From IMG/VR virus record IMGVR_UViG_3300030101_003058, positions 1 through 64,000 of that record: a DNA stretch of 64,000 nucleotides; one strand, 5' to 3'. Source of the stretch: a virus. This document shows, one piece after another, positions 38,122 through 47,987 of the stretch. Numbering within the stretch: the stretch's first letter is position 1; each line of letters opens with the position of its first letter. The notes beneath the pieces are model-generated. The model saw only the letters and a list, made by a program, of their open reading frames with translations. It searched no databases and was not told the DNA's origin. Position numbers and translations under genes: made by a program.

Positions 38122-38790
38122 TAGAAACCCTCCAATGTCATTTGCCCGTCTTCAGAAAACACTTCAAAAGTAACACCGTGGCAAATGTCACCCCCAATAA
38201 ACTCTGCCTGTAACTCTCGTATTCCTGTCATTTGCTTGAGCCTCTCGTATTCTTCGAGATTCATCATCTCAAGATGCACCTTGCAATAACTCGTTGGAAA
38301 AGTCACCGATGATCCCGCGTGGGGCAACTTAGATTGCGATAGAATTGTCAATAGCCTGTTGAGTTGCATCGGTGACTCCTTTTGGTTAGTTTAGATTACT
38401 TTTGGGCCTACCATTGTCAGATCCCCGGTTTCTTGTCAAAGCCTTCGTAGTCGTCTTTGAGATCTACAGTGTCTCCGGGACGTTTGCAAGTTGTTACTTT
38501 CATTATTTTGGACCTCTCGGGTTGTACCTAAAGATATCAACTGTTTTACCCTGCTCGTTAATCAGATACACACGCTCTGCCGTAGGAAAATCTGGAATAT
38601 TACTATCGTCAGATTCGCTAGGGTGAATTATGATGGTTTTATTCTCGTTCTCCGCAAAGAAGCTGAGGTATTCAAAGCCACATTCCACAACCTGATGATC
38701 AACTGCTGTAGTTGTGAAATACGTGGTGTGTCCGGGATTACATACTTTTACTGTAAACATACTTTCATTCCTTCTCTCGTTCTACTTTGG

Positions 38791-39297
38791 TTATGCTCCG
38801 ATATACTCTCGAAGCTGTTTGGCGACATCTGCCTTACTGCGACCTGAGATGCCAACAGGTTCTGCAAGTTCATTCAGCTTGGCCATCGAACCTTTTGCTT
38901 GCTCAATATCCTCTAGTGTAAACGGCTGTTCGTTACCTTGAAATACCGGCTTAGCGTCTGTTGGTACTGCCTCTACTTCTCCACCGGATTCTCCTTCGGA
39001 GTCACTCGCGTTCTCTTGGTAAAAACCCTTTGCTCGCTCGTCAGAAGATTCTTCTGCTGTTGCCTCCGGTTGCGCTGGAGATTCTGGTGCTTCTTCTTGA
39101 GCAGGCGCTTGGGTTTCAACAGAAGTCTCCTCTTGGGTTTGTGCAAATGATGCAGAAAAACTCATGCCAATACGCCGAGCAGAATTGTAGTCAATACTTT
39201 GGCCTGCTTTGGTTGCTTCTACGATTGCCTCAACAAATGCGTTGATTGTGTAGGCTGAGATGCCTGAGTCTTTGATGAAGTAGTCTTTAGTCTGCAA
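38791..39297 (-). CDS. Hypothetical protein with acidic linker and C-terminal helical motif
   Basis: KLNELAEPVGISGRSKADV; RBS. Confidence 0.6.
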   Translation of the reverse strand: MQTKDYFIKDSGISAYTINAFVEAIVEATKAGQSIDYNSARRIGMSFSASFAQTQEETSVETQAPAQEEAPESPAQPEATAEESSDERAKGFYQENASDSEGESGGEVEAVPTDAKPVFQGNEQPFTLEDIEQAKGSMAKLNELAEPVGISGRSKADVAKQLREYIGA

Positions 39298-39514
39298 TTT
39301 TGTTCTCCTTTAGGAATTTATTGGTTGCTTCGTATCCACCAATGTGTTCACCGTAGCGGTACACTTGGGGAACTGTTTTGTGACCTTGCGATCTGATGTA
39401 TTCCAATGCCTGATCATCTTTAGATAGATCAATATAAGTGTGTGCTTGACCATGCAGAATATCTTTCACTCGATCACACCAAGGGCACTCTGGTTTACCG
39501 TATACTACAAACAC
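39287..39514 (-). CDS. Glutaredoxin (NrdH/Grx-like)
   Basis: CPWC, TVPQV, IGGY. Confidence 0.93.
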   Translation of the reverse strand: MFVVYGKPECPWCDRVKDILHGQAHTYIDLSKDDQALEYIRSQGHKTVPQVYRYGEHIGGYEATNKFLKENKIAD

Positions 39515-39531
39515 CTTCTCTCCTTATGTTA

Positions 39532-40629
39532 TCAGAAATCAATATCAAACTCATGCCCTGCGTCATCTCTTCGCATTACATTTACCTTGTATTGGGCAAT
39601 GTCTTCTTCCTGAGGACTCCCTTGACTTTTACCGATGTTCAACCAGTTTTCCATAAACTTCAACGGATTGTTCCTTGGAAACTTGAATTCGCTATCAACA
39701 CCCAAGAAGTTTACCACATCTTTTGCACAGAACAAAGTCCATTGTTTAAGAATCTCTGCATTCATGCCAACGAGTTCTCTGCCCTCGGAGAATAGGTAAT
39801 CGACCCATTCGAACTCCGACCGAATAACCTCGTCAATCAAATCTTGAATATCTTGCCTACATTGTTCCAGAGCAATCTTACCACGTTCGGTCTTTAGCTC
39901 AGACCTAAGGACAGCTTTATCAAGTTCTACGTGAACCTCAAGTTCATCTTGAGCAATCTTCTGGACAGCCTTACCTATTGGTTGGAATAAGCCTGTGTCA
40001 CAAACACTAAAGGTGATTGCAAAGCTACTCATAAACTGAATCCGTTCGAGCACCAGCATTCCTACAGTAAACATAAAGATGTCGTTATAGGTTTCTTGGT
40101 TTGCCTCTACTTGACCCAAAGCATACTTGTGTGCTGTGCGGTATCCGCTACCCATAACCTCAGAAACTGTGCTCATTCTACTCATTGCTTCTTCAACTCT
40201 GAGAACTTCATCGAGAACAACCGAGGGGTCTTCAAAGCTGTTTCTTACGATTTCAGAGTATGCCGCAGCATGTACCACCTCATTGTCGCTAATACGTTGC
40301 CAAGCTGCCCATAGTTCACTAGATGTAACAACTGATCCAACAATGGGACTTATTCTAGATGCGGCTGAATCCAATTCCCACTGAAAAGCAAGTGTCTTAA
40401 TCATCATATCATAGGTTGCGCGATCACATGATTTAAAATCGTTTACACAAGATGAGTAATTAAATTCGTCCTCAGACCAGTCCAAGGATTTCATTGTCTT
40501 GTAGAGTTCCCAAATCTCGGGAAACTTCTTGTTGACTGTATCAAATAATCCGTTGCCTCCTTCTCCGAAGAAAAGACTTGGCTTCTCATAATCTTCTTTT
40601 GTTACGTTAAAAATTGTATTATCTACCAT
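39532..40629 (-). CDS. nrdB: Ribonucleotide reductase class Ia beta subunit
   Basis: NEVVHAAAYS, LERIQFMSSFA, DELEVH. Confidence 0.95.
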   Translation of the reverse strand: MVDNTIFNVTKEDYEKPSLFFGEGGNGLFDTVNKKFPEIWELYKTMKSLDWSEDEFNYSSCVNDFKSCDRATYDMMIKTLAFQWELDSAASRISPIVGSVVTSSELWAAWQRISDNEVVHAAAYSEIVRNSFEDPSVVLDEVLRVEEAMSRMSTVSEVMGSGYRTAHKYALGQVEANQETYNDIFMFTVGMLVLERIQFMSSFAITFSVCDTGLFQPIGKAVQKIAQDELEVHVELDKAVLRSELKTERGKIALEQCRQDIQDLIDEVIRSEFEWVDYLFSEGRELVGMNAEILKQWTLFCAKDVVNFLGVDSEFKFPRNNPLKFMENWLNIGKSQGSPQEEDIAQYKVNVMRRDDAGHEFDIDF

Positions 40630-40638
40630 TGGTTCTCC

Positions 40639-42888
40639 TTAAAGTTTACAGGATTCACAGTCTTCTTCATCCTCTTGCTCTTGCACTTTCCCATTGATCG
40701 AGGTGTAGCTGTTGATATAGTAACGAGTCTTCATGCCCATTTTGGTCATGTATAGATAATCCGAAATCATCTCTTTAGTTGTTACAGCATCAGAACCAAT
40801 GATCTTTCTGTAGAGGTCCGCAGAAATCGCTTGGTCTGTCCATTTTTGAACAATAGCATATACGTCTACAAGATCTTTCGTTGGTATCTCCCAAGAGCTT
40901 TCGTACCACTTCTGCAATCTTTCACCTTCAGGAGCAGCCCAGTAGACAACATTACTAAGATCAGTCTTCATCATAGTCAACTCGCGGATCGGATAGATAC
41001 CGTTGGTTGTACCAGACGCTTTTGAGCTACTTTCCCCCGGCATGTGATTGATCAAAGAACTGTTCCGAATACCACCGTTGTCAATAATGTCTCGCCTAAG
41101 ACTTTCCCAGTCAAATGTCAGATCAGAAGAAGCAACATTATCCACATTACGGTTATACGTGTCAATAGGCAACCAGCCTTCGGGCCACTTTGTTCGATCC
41201 ATCCAAGGCGCTACACCGAGTTCTTTGGAAAGCCTCAGGGATGCCTTGATTACGCTGTAGGCGTGTTGCTCACCAAGTTTATTGATTAACTCTTTACCTT
41301 CTGGAGAACTATAGTTTACTTTGTTTTTTGCAAGGTAGTGTGCCATACCCATCAGACCAATGCCAGCATTTAGACGAGACTTTGCTGTTACCCCAACATG
41401 CGGCAACGGATAGTCTGCCTTGTGTATACATTTGTCCACCATTAGTAAAGCATAGTAGGCAGCATCTTCGTATTGCTTTTGATCTTTGATATTAGCTGCA
41501 TTGATAGCACCTAAGCTACACATCGCCACCTCACCAACGCGCTCTGGATTGTCAGAGTACAGATCAGACATGGACTCGTATGCTTTTGTCGGCAATGATG
41601 TCTCTGTGCACAAGTTTGAGGTATACACAGGATCTTTGTGTGGAGTATGCCGATTCATCTCATCAGCCCACATCATGTAGGCTTTACCTGTCTCGTAAGC
41701 CTCGTTTAATTGAGACAGAAGAATCTCACGAGCACTTACCCAAGTTTTCTTAAACTTATTATTGCTTTCGTATTTATTGTAGACTTTTTCGAACTCTTCC
41801 GCATCCCCCGAGAACATTGCCGCTGTCAAATCTGGTGCAGTGAAGACATTAAACAAGAATATATCTTCGTTCTTGGCAACCTTCTTGGCAAAAAACTTGT
41901 TCTGAAGCATTGCATAGTCAAGACCACGGATTTGTTTGTCCTTGGTGGTCATGGGATTCTTCAGTTTGCTAATGTCAACAGCTTCTGGATCAAATGCGCT
42001 AAAGTAGGTTGTGCAGGCACCTCCACGTCCAGCTTGTAGGTTCGCATGTACCGCCCCATCAAGCGACCTGTAGTACGGGAGCTTACCTTGGTGTTTGATT
42101 GCACCGTTGCGGACAGGATCACCAACAGAGCGTGACTCGATGTACGATCCAATACCTGCGCTCATGTACGTCATTGTGTACGCAATATGATCACCTACTG
42201 CCAAGGACGTAGCAGAATCACCAGATTTATAAATACAGCAACTCGCAAGCCCATTGAAAGGCGTACCGAGGTTGATGTAGTTAGGTGTCGGCGCATTGAT
42301 ACGTTTACACGAGAAATTATCATACCATGCTTTTACATCATCTAACTTACGTTCTTTCGCCTGATCTTCGGCAAGAGCCATTGCCATTCTCATGTATACA
42401 AACTGCTGTGACTCGTATTCTTCACCGGTGACACGGTTGCGTAGCGAGTATTTCTTCCGAACCTGTTCAAGCTCAAAATGAGCAGCTTTAAAATCTCTCT
42501 TGTGGTCAATGAACTTATCAACTTGCTCGTATTCTTCCTCAGAGTAGTTGAGAGTTTTCATCAGACCCTTGCTTTGGAGTTTCTCATGCAGTTCTTTAAT
42601 AGTTGGTGGTGTACCGTTGTACAGCTTCTTGTTCAAAAGCGCAGCATAAAGTCTACCTGCCATTCTGTTATAAGACCAACTATTGTTATCCAAACAAGTC
42701 TTGATAAGACGCTCCTGTAAAAGTTCTGAGGGGCAGGTTTCGGGGCAAGTGCTTACTGTGTGGATTACAACGCTACTCCAGTCTACGTAGCGACCTAAAG
42801 TCTTACTTGCCCACTCACCCCATTTGTTTACTTTAGCGGGTTGAAACTCCTCAGTACTACCGTCCCGCTTCTTAATGTATTTTATCAC
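40639..42888 (-). CDS. nrdA: Ribonucleotide reductase class Ia alpha subunit
   Basis: ATP cone, PTP, ASCC, SNLCTE, C-terminal CESC. Confidence 0.96.
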   Translation of the reverse strand: MIKYIKKRDGSTEEFQPAKVNKWGEWASKTLGRYVDWSSVVIHTVSTCPETCPSELLQERLIKTCLDNNSWSYNRMAGRLYAALLNKKLYNGTPPTIKELHEKLQSKGLMKTLNYSEEEYEQVDKFIDHKRDFKAAHFELEQVRKKYSLRNRVTGEEYESQQFVYMRMAMALAEDQAKERKLDDVKAWYDNFSCKRINAPTPNYINLGTPFNGLASCCIYKSGDSATSLAVGDHIAYTMTYMSAGIGSYIESRSVGDPVRNGAIKHQGKLPYYRSLDGAVHANLQAGRGGACTTYFSAFDPEAVDISKLKNPMTTKDKQIRGLDYAMLQNKFFAKKVAKNEDIFLFNVFTAPDLTAAMFSGDAEEFEKVYNKYESNNKFKKTWVSAREILLSQLNEAYETGKAYMMWADEMNRHTPHKDPVYTSNLCTETSLPTKAYESMSDLYSDNPERVGEVAMCSLGAINAANIKDQKQYEDAAYYALLMVDKCIHKADYPLPHVGVTAKSRLNAGIGLMGMAHYLAKNKVNYSSPEGKELINKLGEQHAYSVIKASLRLSKELGVAPWMDRTKWPEGWLPIDTYNRNVDNVASSDLTFDWESLRRDIIDNGGIRNSSLINHMPGESSSKASGTTNGIYPIRELTMMKTDLSNVVYWAAPEGERLQKWYESSWEIPTKDLVDVYAIVQKWTDQAISADLYRKIIGSDAVTTKEMISDYLYMTKMGMKTRYYINSYTSINGKVQEQEDEEDCESCKL

Positions 42889-43007
42889 TCAAATCCTCCA
42901 AGTTAGTTTGTTAATCCCACCAGAGCCTCCAAAAGAAACCCCAGCAGTGCCCATAATGATAGCAGGAAACCGCTGAAGTAATCCAATCGTATTTGCCTAT
43001 ATATGCT

Positions 43008-43700
43008 TTAGACTTTCAAATGCTTCATCAGAGCTTTCCAAGATACAGGATAAAGTGGTGCTACAGTGTCCTCAATCATCTGTGCAAGTTCCTGAGCTTC
43101 AACCTGAGCATGGCTGTCGAGACGCAGTTTACACACACGAGCAAACGCCATGATGCTCCCTGTCCAAATCCAATTTGTCATAGTATTCTGTGGAAGAACC
43201 ATACGTGCTTGTTCTGGTGCAATACCGGACTCCAACATATTGTTGTACAAGTACAAGCAGGCGTCTACAACATTTTCAGTGCAATTTCTTGGGTCTTGAT
43301 CTCCAGCAGCATCGTTCCACCGCAGATATTCTACTGAGGCATCCCCGCTCCCTTGTTTAACATTCTGCGGGCGACTCCTCCAAACTTCAGGTAAGTAGAA
43401 CTCAGGAGTATCATCAATGTAGCGCCGACTCTCTTCGTTCCACACAAGACCAACCTGATGTTTCACGAACTGCCTTGCCATAAATATTGGTGCTTTTACA
43501 CGAATGCTTACGCTGGTGTGTGCCAGCGGACTCCAGTGGTTATGCTTGCACAGATAGTTGATCAAACCGGTGTCTTTCTTTGGATCAAACTCTGAGACTT
43601 CTTTAGCGAAGGAGCACCTCGCGGCATTTACTACGTTTACATCTGATCCCATGTGGTCTAAGTATTGCACTTGCATTCCAACAAACTTAGGTTTTAGCAT
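43008..43700 (-). CDS. thyX: Flavin-dependent thymidylate synthase
   Basis: VVNAAR.SF, HWSP..H, RQFVKH...NEESRRY, EQARMVLP, AQVE; GGAG RBS before ATG 43700. Confidence 0.95.
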   Translation of the reverse strand: MLKPKFVGMQVQYLDHMGSDVNVVNAARCSFAKEVSEFDPKKDTGLINYLCKHNHWSPLAHTSVSIRVKAPIFMARQFVKHQVGLVWNEESRRYIDDTPEFYLPEVWRSRPQNVKQGSGDASVEYLRWNDAAGDQDPRNCTENVVDACLYLYNNMLESGIAPEQARMVLPQNTMTNWIWTGSIMAFARVCKLRLDSHAQVEAQELAQMIEDTVAPLYPVSWKALMKHLKV

Positions 43701-44226
43701 AATATTCTCCATTTTTAATTTTGATTAAAACTGTCCGCGTGACACCTAGTCTATCGCAAAGCTCTTTGACTGCTCCATTTGGAGCTTTCTTACCATCTAG
43801 CTTTTTGTAGAATTCCCTCACCACATCCACTTGTTCTTTATCTAACTTGGCGTTCACTGGGGTGTACCCCTGACTCTTCCTTGCGGCTTTGGCCGACTCT
43901 ACCCTGCTATCTCCCGGCTTATCCAAATTATTTTCAGAGTGTGTGCCGAGGATAATATTTTCTTTTGAGAAATTTAACGTATTTGCATCTAGATGCCTAA
44001 CCACAAGTGAGGGATTAAAAGCATCTTCTCCGTAGAAACAGTAGGCAGCGAATCTATGCACTGGTATCCCAAAGACGTAGCCCCAGTTTGTACTAAATGT
44101 TGGATACCGTTGTTTACCCGACAATCTTACATTAATCACGCCTTTTGGCCCAAACAGAACACCTTCTTCAGTTACTCGATATCCCCGCTCAACAGCCTCT
44201 AGTATCCTCTGCTGTGTTTTCGTCAC
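43687..44226 (-). CDS. HNH homing endonuclease
   Basis: VHRFAA...VVRHLDAN..N...NI..GTHSEN; C-terminal HTH. Confidence 0.88.
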   Translation of the reverse strand: MTKTQQRILEAVERGYRVTEEGVLFGPKGVINVRLSGKQRYPTFSTNWGYVFGIPVHRFAAYCFYGEDAFNPSLVVRHLDANTLNFSKENIILGTHSENNLDKPGDSRVESAKAARKSQGYTPVNAKLDKEQVDVVREFYKKLDGKKAPNGAVKELCDRLGVTRTVLIKIKNGEYYAKT

Positions 44227-44345
44227 TTCTTACCCTTAGTCTTGTTAGCGTTATAAACTACTCGTGCAGCATTGATCACATTTACGTCACCACCCATGTG
44301 ACCGACATAGGATACTTCCATAGGTGCAAATTTAACATCAGTCAT
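44223..44345 (-). pseudogene. Orphan 5' fragment of thyX (40 aa)
   Basis: MTDVKFAPMEVSYVGHMGGDVNVINAARVV... versus intact MLKPKFVGMQVQYLDHMGSDVNVVNAARCS. Confidence 0.85.
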
Positions 44346-44691
44346 CGTCGCTATCAATCTCCTGTTCAATCTTCTGCAAACTTTCAATGATCACATTGGC
44401 AACACTAGAGTCTTGCTTCAGTCCTGCTAGAAGGCTCACACAAGAAAGCATACTGACATTCCCAAGAATATCTTCAATCTCTCGTACAGCGAAGTCTAGT
44501 CGCTGGAATTCTTCTTTTGTAAGGCTCATGTATGCTCCTAATTAATCTTAAAACGTGTTGGGCAGATCAGCGCAGCTACTAACAAAAACCAACCCCAACC
44601 ACCGAGGGAATTCATTGCCAATAAAACGGCACCTGTTGTCAGAATGATTGCTGGCGAATATCCAACCAGCAACCCCAGAATATCTTTCATA

Positions 44692-44943
44692 TCACAAACC
44701 CTTAATCACATCAACCTTCTCAGCCATACCTTCAACTTTAGAGAAGGCATCAGGTTTGTAATTCTTCTTATAGAATAGATCAGCATACTGACGAAACTCC
44801 GCTTTATCCATATCGAGTTTCTCTGCTGCTGTCTCTACAATGCTTTTCTGAAGATCTGCCTGAGATTCCTTCTCCAATTGTGAGTCGCTCCATTCCTGTG
44901 CGTACTTCTTGAGTTCTTTTGTGTTAATAGCGTTCTCGGTCAT
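44692..44943 (-). CDS. T4 DsbA-like dsDNA-binding protein
   Basis: E.SD......L.K.I...A.EKL.MD...F.....LFYK.N pattern, recalled from T4 DsbA. Confidence 0.55.
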   Translation of the reverse strand: MTENAINTKELKKYAQEWSDSQLEKESQADLQKSIVETAAEKLDMDKAEFRQYADLFYKKNYKPDAFSKVEGMAEKVDVIKGL

Positions 44944-45296
44944 TCTTTAGTCTCCTCCCGTTTAATTTCAGAAATTTCAGTGTAATCTTCACCAGTCGCA
45001 AAGTCAATCCCAAATAACCTCTGAACAACTTCTTTGTCACTCTCAGAAAGTTCTTCAAGATCAATGATTGCTTCTGGCATATCTCCAGCTTCTTCGGTGT
45101 CAATCTGTCCTGACATCACTTTTCTCTCGAAGTCCTCGAAATCCAAAGCATACTGGAATTTAGAATATAACACACCAGAGCCAATGAATGCAAGACACGC
45201 TAGAGTGAATGCTACAGATCCTCCGATGATAATCAACAGAATTGCTCCGATGATTAGTGCTAGGGATGACAGGAGGAATGTTTTTGAGTTATTCAT
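44940..45296 (-). CDS. Two-TM membrane protein with acidic tail
   Basis: Hydrophobic N-terminus; GGAG RBS before MNNSK. Confidence 0.65.
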   Translation of the reverse strand: MNNSKTFLLSSLALIIGAILLIIIGGSVAFTLACLAFIGSGVLYSKFQYALDFEDFERKVMSGQIDTEEAGDMPEAIIDLEELSESDKEVVQRLFGIDFATGEDYTEISEIKREETKE

Positions 45297-45789
45297 TGGG
45301 TTCTCCAGATTGTTCAAATAGAAGCTCTAAAAATGGCTCCACGAATTTCAAGGGCTTCCTCACCTTGCTATCTTTGTCGATGATAGAACCAGTAGGTACG
45401 GCATCTTCAAAACCTGTGTAATCAGCACGAACTACACGCAAACCTTCGTAACCTTTTTGTGCAAGAGCATCAAGTGAATCTTGACAGTTCTCTAGTTCAT
45501 CACCTATAAGAGTTTTTGTGCTGTTACTCGCGTTCACTAGAGCAAGCCCATCTTCAATCGGAAGATCGTTGCGATATGCGAAATCTAGCGTAATGATGAG
45601 AATATCCGCACAAGCGTCTAGCATGGCTACACGATCATTTGTATCTACAGCTTCTTGTAACTCCTTGAGTTCTTCTTTGATAAATTTGATTGAATTCTTT
45701 TGTGCTTTCTTTGTTTGCTTACCTCGGGGAATGCCCCATGAATAGAAAATGTCCAACGTGTCGGACAGTGGGTTTTCAAAGTTATCCAT
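45289..45789 (-). CDS. MazG-like NTP pyrophosphohydrolase
   Basis: IKEELKEL.EA....D....LDACADI...V.ASN.TK...KVRKP. Confidence 0.85.
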   Translation of the reverse strand: MDNFENPLSDTLDIFYSWGIPRGKQTKKAQKNSIKFIKEELKELQEAVDTNDRVAMLDACADILIITLDFAYRNDLPIEDGLALVNASNSTKTLIGDELENCQDSLDALAQKGYEGLRVVRADYTGFEDAVPTGSIIDKDSKVRKPLKFVEPFLELLFEQSGEPNE

Positions 45790-46628
45790 TAAAGCTCCCT
45801 TATAATTGATTCGTAATTTTCGTTCGGGATGATGTAGTCTTCTACGCAGTCTCCAAGAACAGATCTGATGTCTTCACCTAGCGTTTTTATACGGTAGTGT
45901 GCGTGTTTGTAACCAATCCCAACGCGCTCAGAAGCACTTCTCAGTGACATCCATTCACCAGAAATCTTAATTTTCCAAGTGACTCTTTTATTAAGACTTT
46001 GCTCTATGCCGTTAGACCACTTACAGTTCTCCGGAGAGTAGTCTTTATTCACATCTACGCGGTCTAAACTACAATCATTTGGGCACTCGCCCATATCGGA
46101 CAGAAAAGTATCAAACGATTCTCTCCATCTTTCACAGACTCCGATTCCTCTTGCGCCGTATAAATAATACCTATTGTTGTTTGGCTCGTAACACCTGCGG
46201 CGCATGTTCAACCAACTGGAATAGGTTCTGTCACCACCACAAGACTTTCCGTGTCTCTTGTTCCACGGAACTTTTGTTTTAATCCAACAGTCTCTGCATT
46301 TACTAGAAGATTTCCTGCCTCTTATTTGGTTCGGGGGATAGATGCCGCTGTGACCGCACTCCGTGTGTATAAATTTGTACTCGCCAGATCCCACATACCC
46401 AAGAGCAATAGCCCCGTTTATAATCTTACCAGTATAATCCTTCGTTGGTTTATACTTAGAGATACAACCGCAAGACTGCACTGCTCCACTTCTCAAATGA
46501 TTTTGAAAAACGTCTTTGGTGCTGTTACATATCAGACATTTACACGTAATTGTTCTTGGTTCCCTGTCAGGATTTTGCATATCTTCAGGCAACACACGTA
46601 AGTAATCTGAGTTATTCTCAATATCCAC
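45789..46628 (-). CDS. HNH homing endonuclease
   Basis: SWLNMRRRC...YGARGI.VCERW...F..DMG...SLDRVDVNKDYSPENCKW. Confidence 0.9.
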   Translation of the reverse strand: MDIENNSDYLRVLPEDMQNPDREPRTITCKCLICNSTKDVFQNHLRSGAVQSCGCISKYKPTKDYTGKIINGAIALGYVGSGEYKFIHTECGHSGIYPPNQIRGRKSSSKCRDCWIKTKVPWNKRHGKSCGGDRTYSSWLNMRRRCYEPNNNRYYLYGARGIGVCERWRESFDTFLSDMGECPNDCSLDRVDVNKDYSPENCKWSNGIEQSLNKRVTWKIKISGEWMSLRSASERVGIGYKHAHYRIKTLGEDIRSVLGDCVEDYIIPNENYESIIREL

Positions 46629-47526
46629 CCGCCCAATCTCCTTGTGAATCTAACACCATCGGTTCAAGAACAGGCATACCATCAATAATCAAGCCCGTTC
46701 CAATAATGGGACGTTTAATATTGACATTGTTATAGCTAAAGGCATAGCTAGAGTCGTCAATCAAACAACCAACTTGGAAGCCCCAGAATAACCCGTTTGG
46801 ATTGCCCCAATAGTCAATCTTGAACCTCTCGTGGAAGTGACCTTGGACAGCGCACATACCCATTTGCTGACTGAGCTTTGTAACATCAGCACTCTTGCCA
46901 TGATGGAAGTAACACTTATTACCTGTGGGTAATTCAATAGTCAAATCAAAATGCCATTGCCAGTTATCATCAACACCAAGCACTTCATTGTAACTTTTTA
47001 GATAATGCCTTGGTACACCGTGCGTCTTTGCTTTACGCCACACAAGACTACCGTGATTGCTCTCAAGAATATCCATAACAGGAAACATTTTCTTGACTTC
47101 CTGAATCACTGGAATGCTCTTTCGAAGTTCATCACCCGCAGAAGGAAGATCTGGGTCAGAATCGTGATAGCTTAGTGCGTGTTTGTCAAGCTCATCCCCC
47201 ATGCAAATCACACGAGTGGGTTTATACTTCTCTTTTAGATATTGCAAAAACGCCAACGTGTCCTTGTGGTGGTACGGGATGTGCATGTCTGAAATAATTA
47301 ACACACGATCATTACACACATTGCGGTGTACTTTTGTATAACGGTGTTCATCTTGGTTCCAACCAAGTTTGTTTTGCTCAGCAATGAACTCACGCTTGCG
47401 ATCAAGGCACCATTCAGACAATGTGCTCCTTGGCATATCAAGAATAGCTGCAACGGCTCTTTGTGAGAGTCCCTCTTCCAGAAGGTCAAATGCGTTTTGT
47501 TTATATTCTTCGGTGTACCTCGTCAT
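46618..47526 (-). CDS. Calcineurin-like metallophosphoesterase with N-terminal HTH
   Basis: ISDMHIP, GDE.D, SNH, HHG, QGHFH. Confidence 0.88.
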   Translation of the reverse strand: MTRYTEEYKQNAFDLLEEGLSQRAVAAILDMPRSTLSEWCLDRKREFIAEQNKLGWNQDEHRYTKVHRNVCNDRVLIISDMHIPYHHKDTLAFLQYLKEKYKPTRVICMGDELDKHALSYHDSDPDLPSAGDELRKSIPVIQEVKKMFPVMDILESNHGSLVWRKAKTHGVPRHYLKSYNEVLGVDDNWQWHFDLTIELPTGNKCYFHHGKSADVTKLSQQMGMCAVQGHFHERFKIDYWGNPNGLFWGFQVGCLIDDSSYAFSYNNVNIKRPIIGTGLIIDGMPVLEPMVLDSQGDWAGGY

Positions 47527-47987
47527 TAATCATCTCCACCATTTGAAAGTTTGTCTGCTTGGTCTTGCATATCAGAAACGTTAGAGGTCCAAAGTTGAAT
47601 GTCAAGTGAGGCTCTACCGCTTTGAAGATAAGATTTGTCGGATCTTTCGTATGACATTATCCGGTAATCATACACTGGCTCTTTTTGAGATAGACACCGG
47701 TGTCTCTTCTTCGGACACACCCACCAACGCTTACCTTCGCCTAGTGTGTCAAGCCCAAGAACGTGAAGAAATTCTGCTGTATAGTTCTTAGGAAAAGGCT
47801 TGCCATCTTTTTTCACACTTAAGATTTTGACCGCAGTGACAACCTCCCCGCTATCTTTGGTCTTTTCTAGCTCTTGGAAAACAAATTCGAACCCGAGAGC
47901 TTCCATATCTACCACAGAAACCCAAGCAACAGGTTTAGACTTTCTACCACCTCTATCATCAATCACTAGCACACCTCCGCTTATCAA
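47526..47987 (-). CDS. Hypothetical protein
   Basis: Operon packing. Confidence 0.65.
   Translation of the reverse strand: MISGGVLVIDDRGGRKSKPVAWVSVVDMEALGFEFVFQELEKTKDSGEVVTAVKILSVKKDGKPFPKNYTAEFLHVLGLDTLGEGKRWWVCPKKRHRCLSQKEPVYDYRIMSYERSDKSYLQSGRASLDIQLWTSNVSDMQDQADKLSNGGDD

Noticed and set aside
40639-42888. Intein or intron in nrdA (also checked polA)
   Set aside because: Normal lengths, contiguous motifs and no intein end motifs seen
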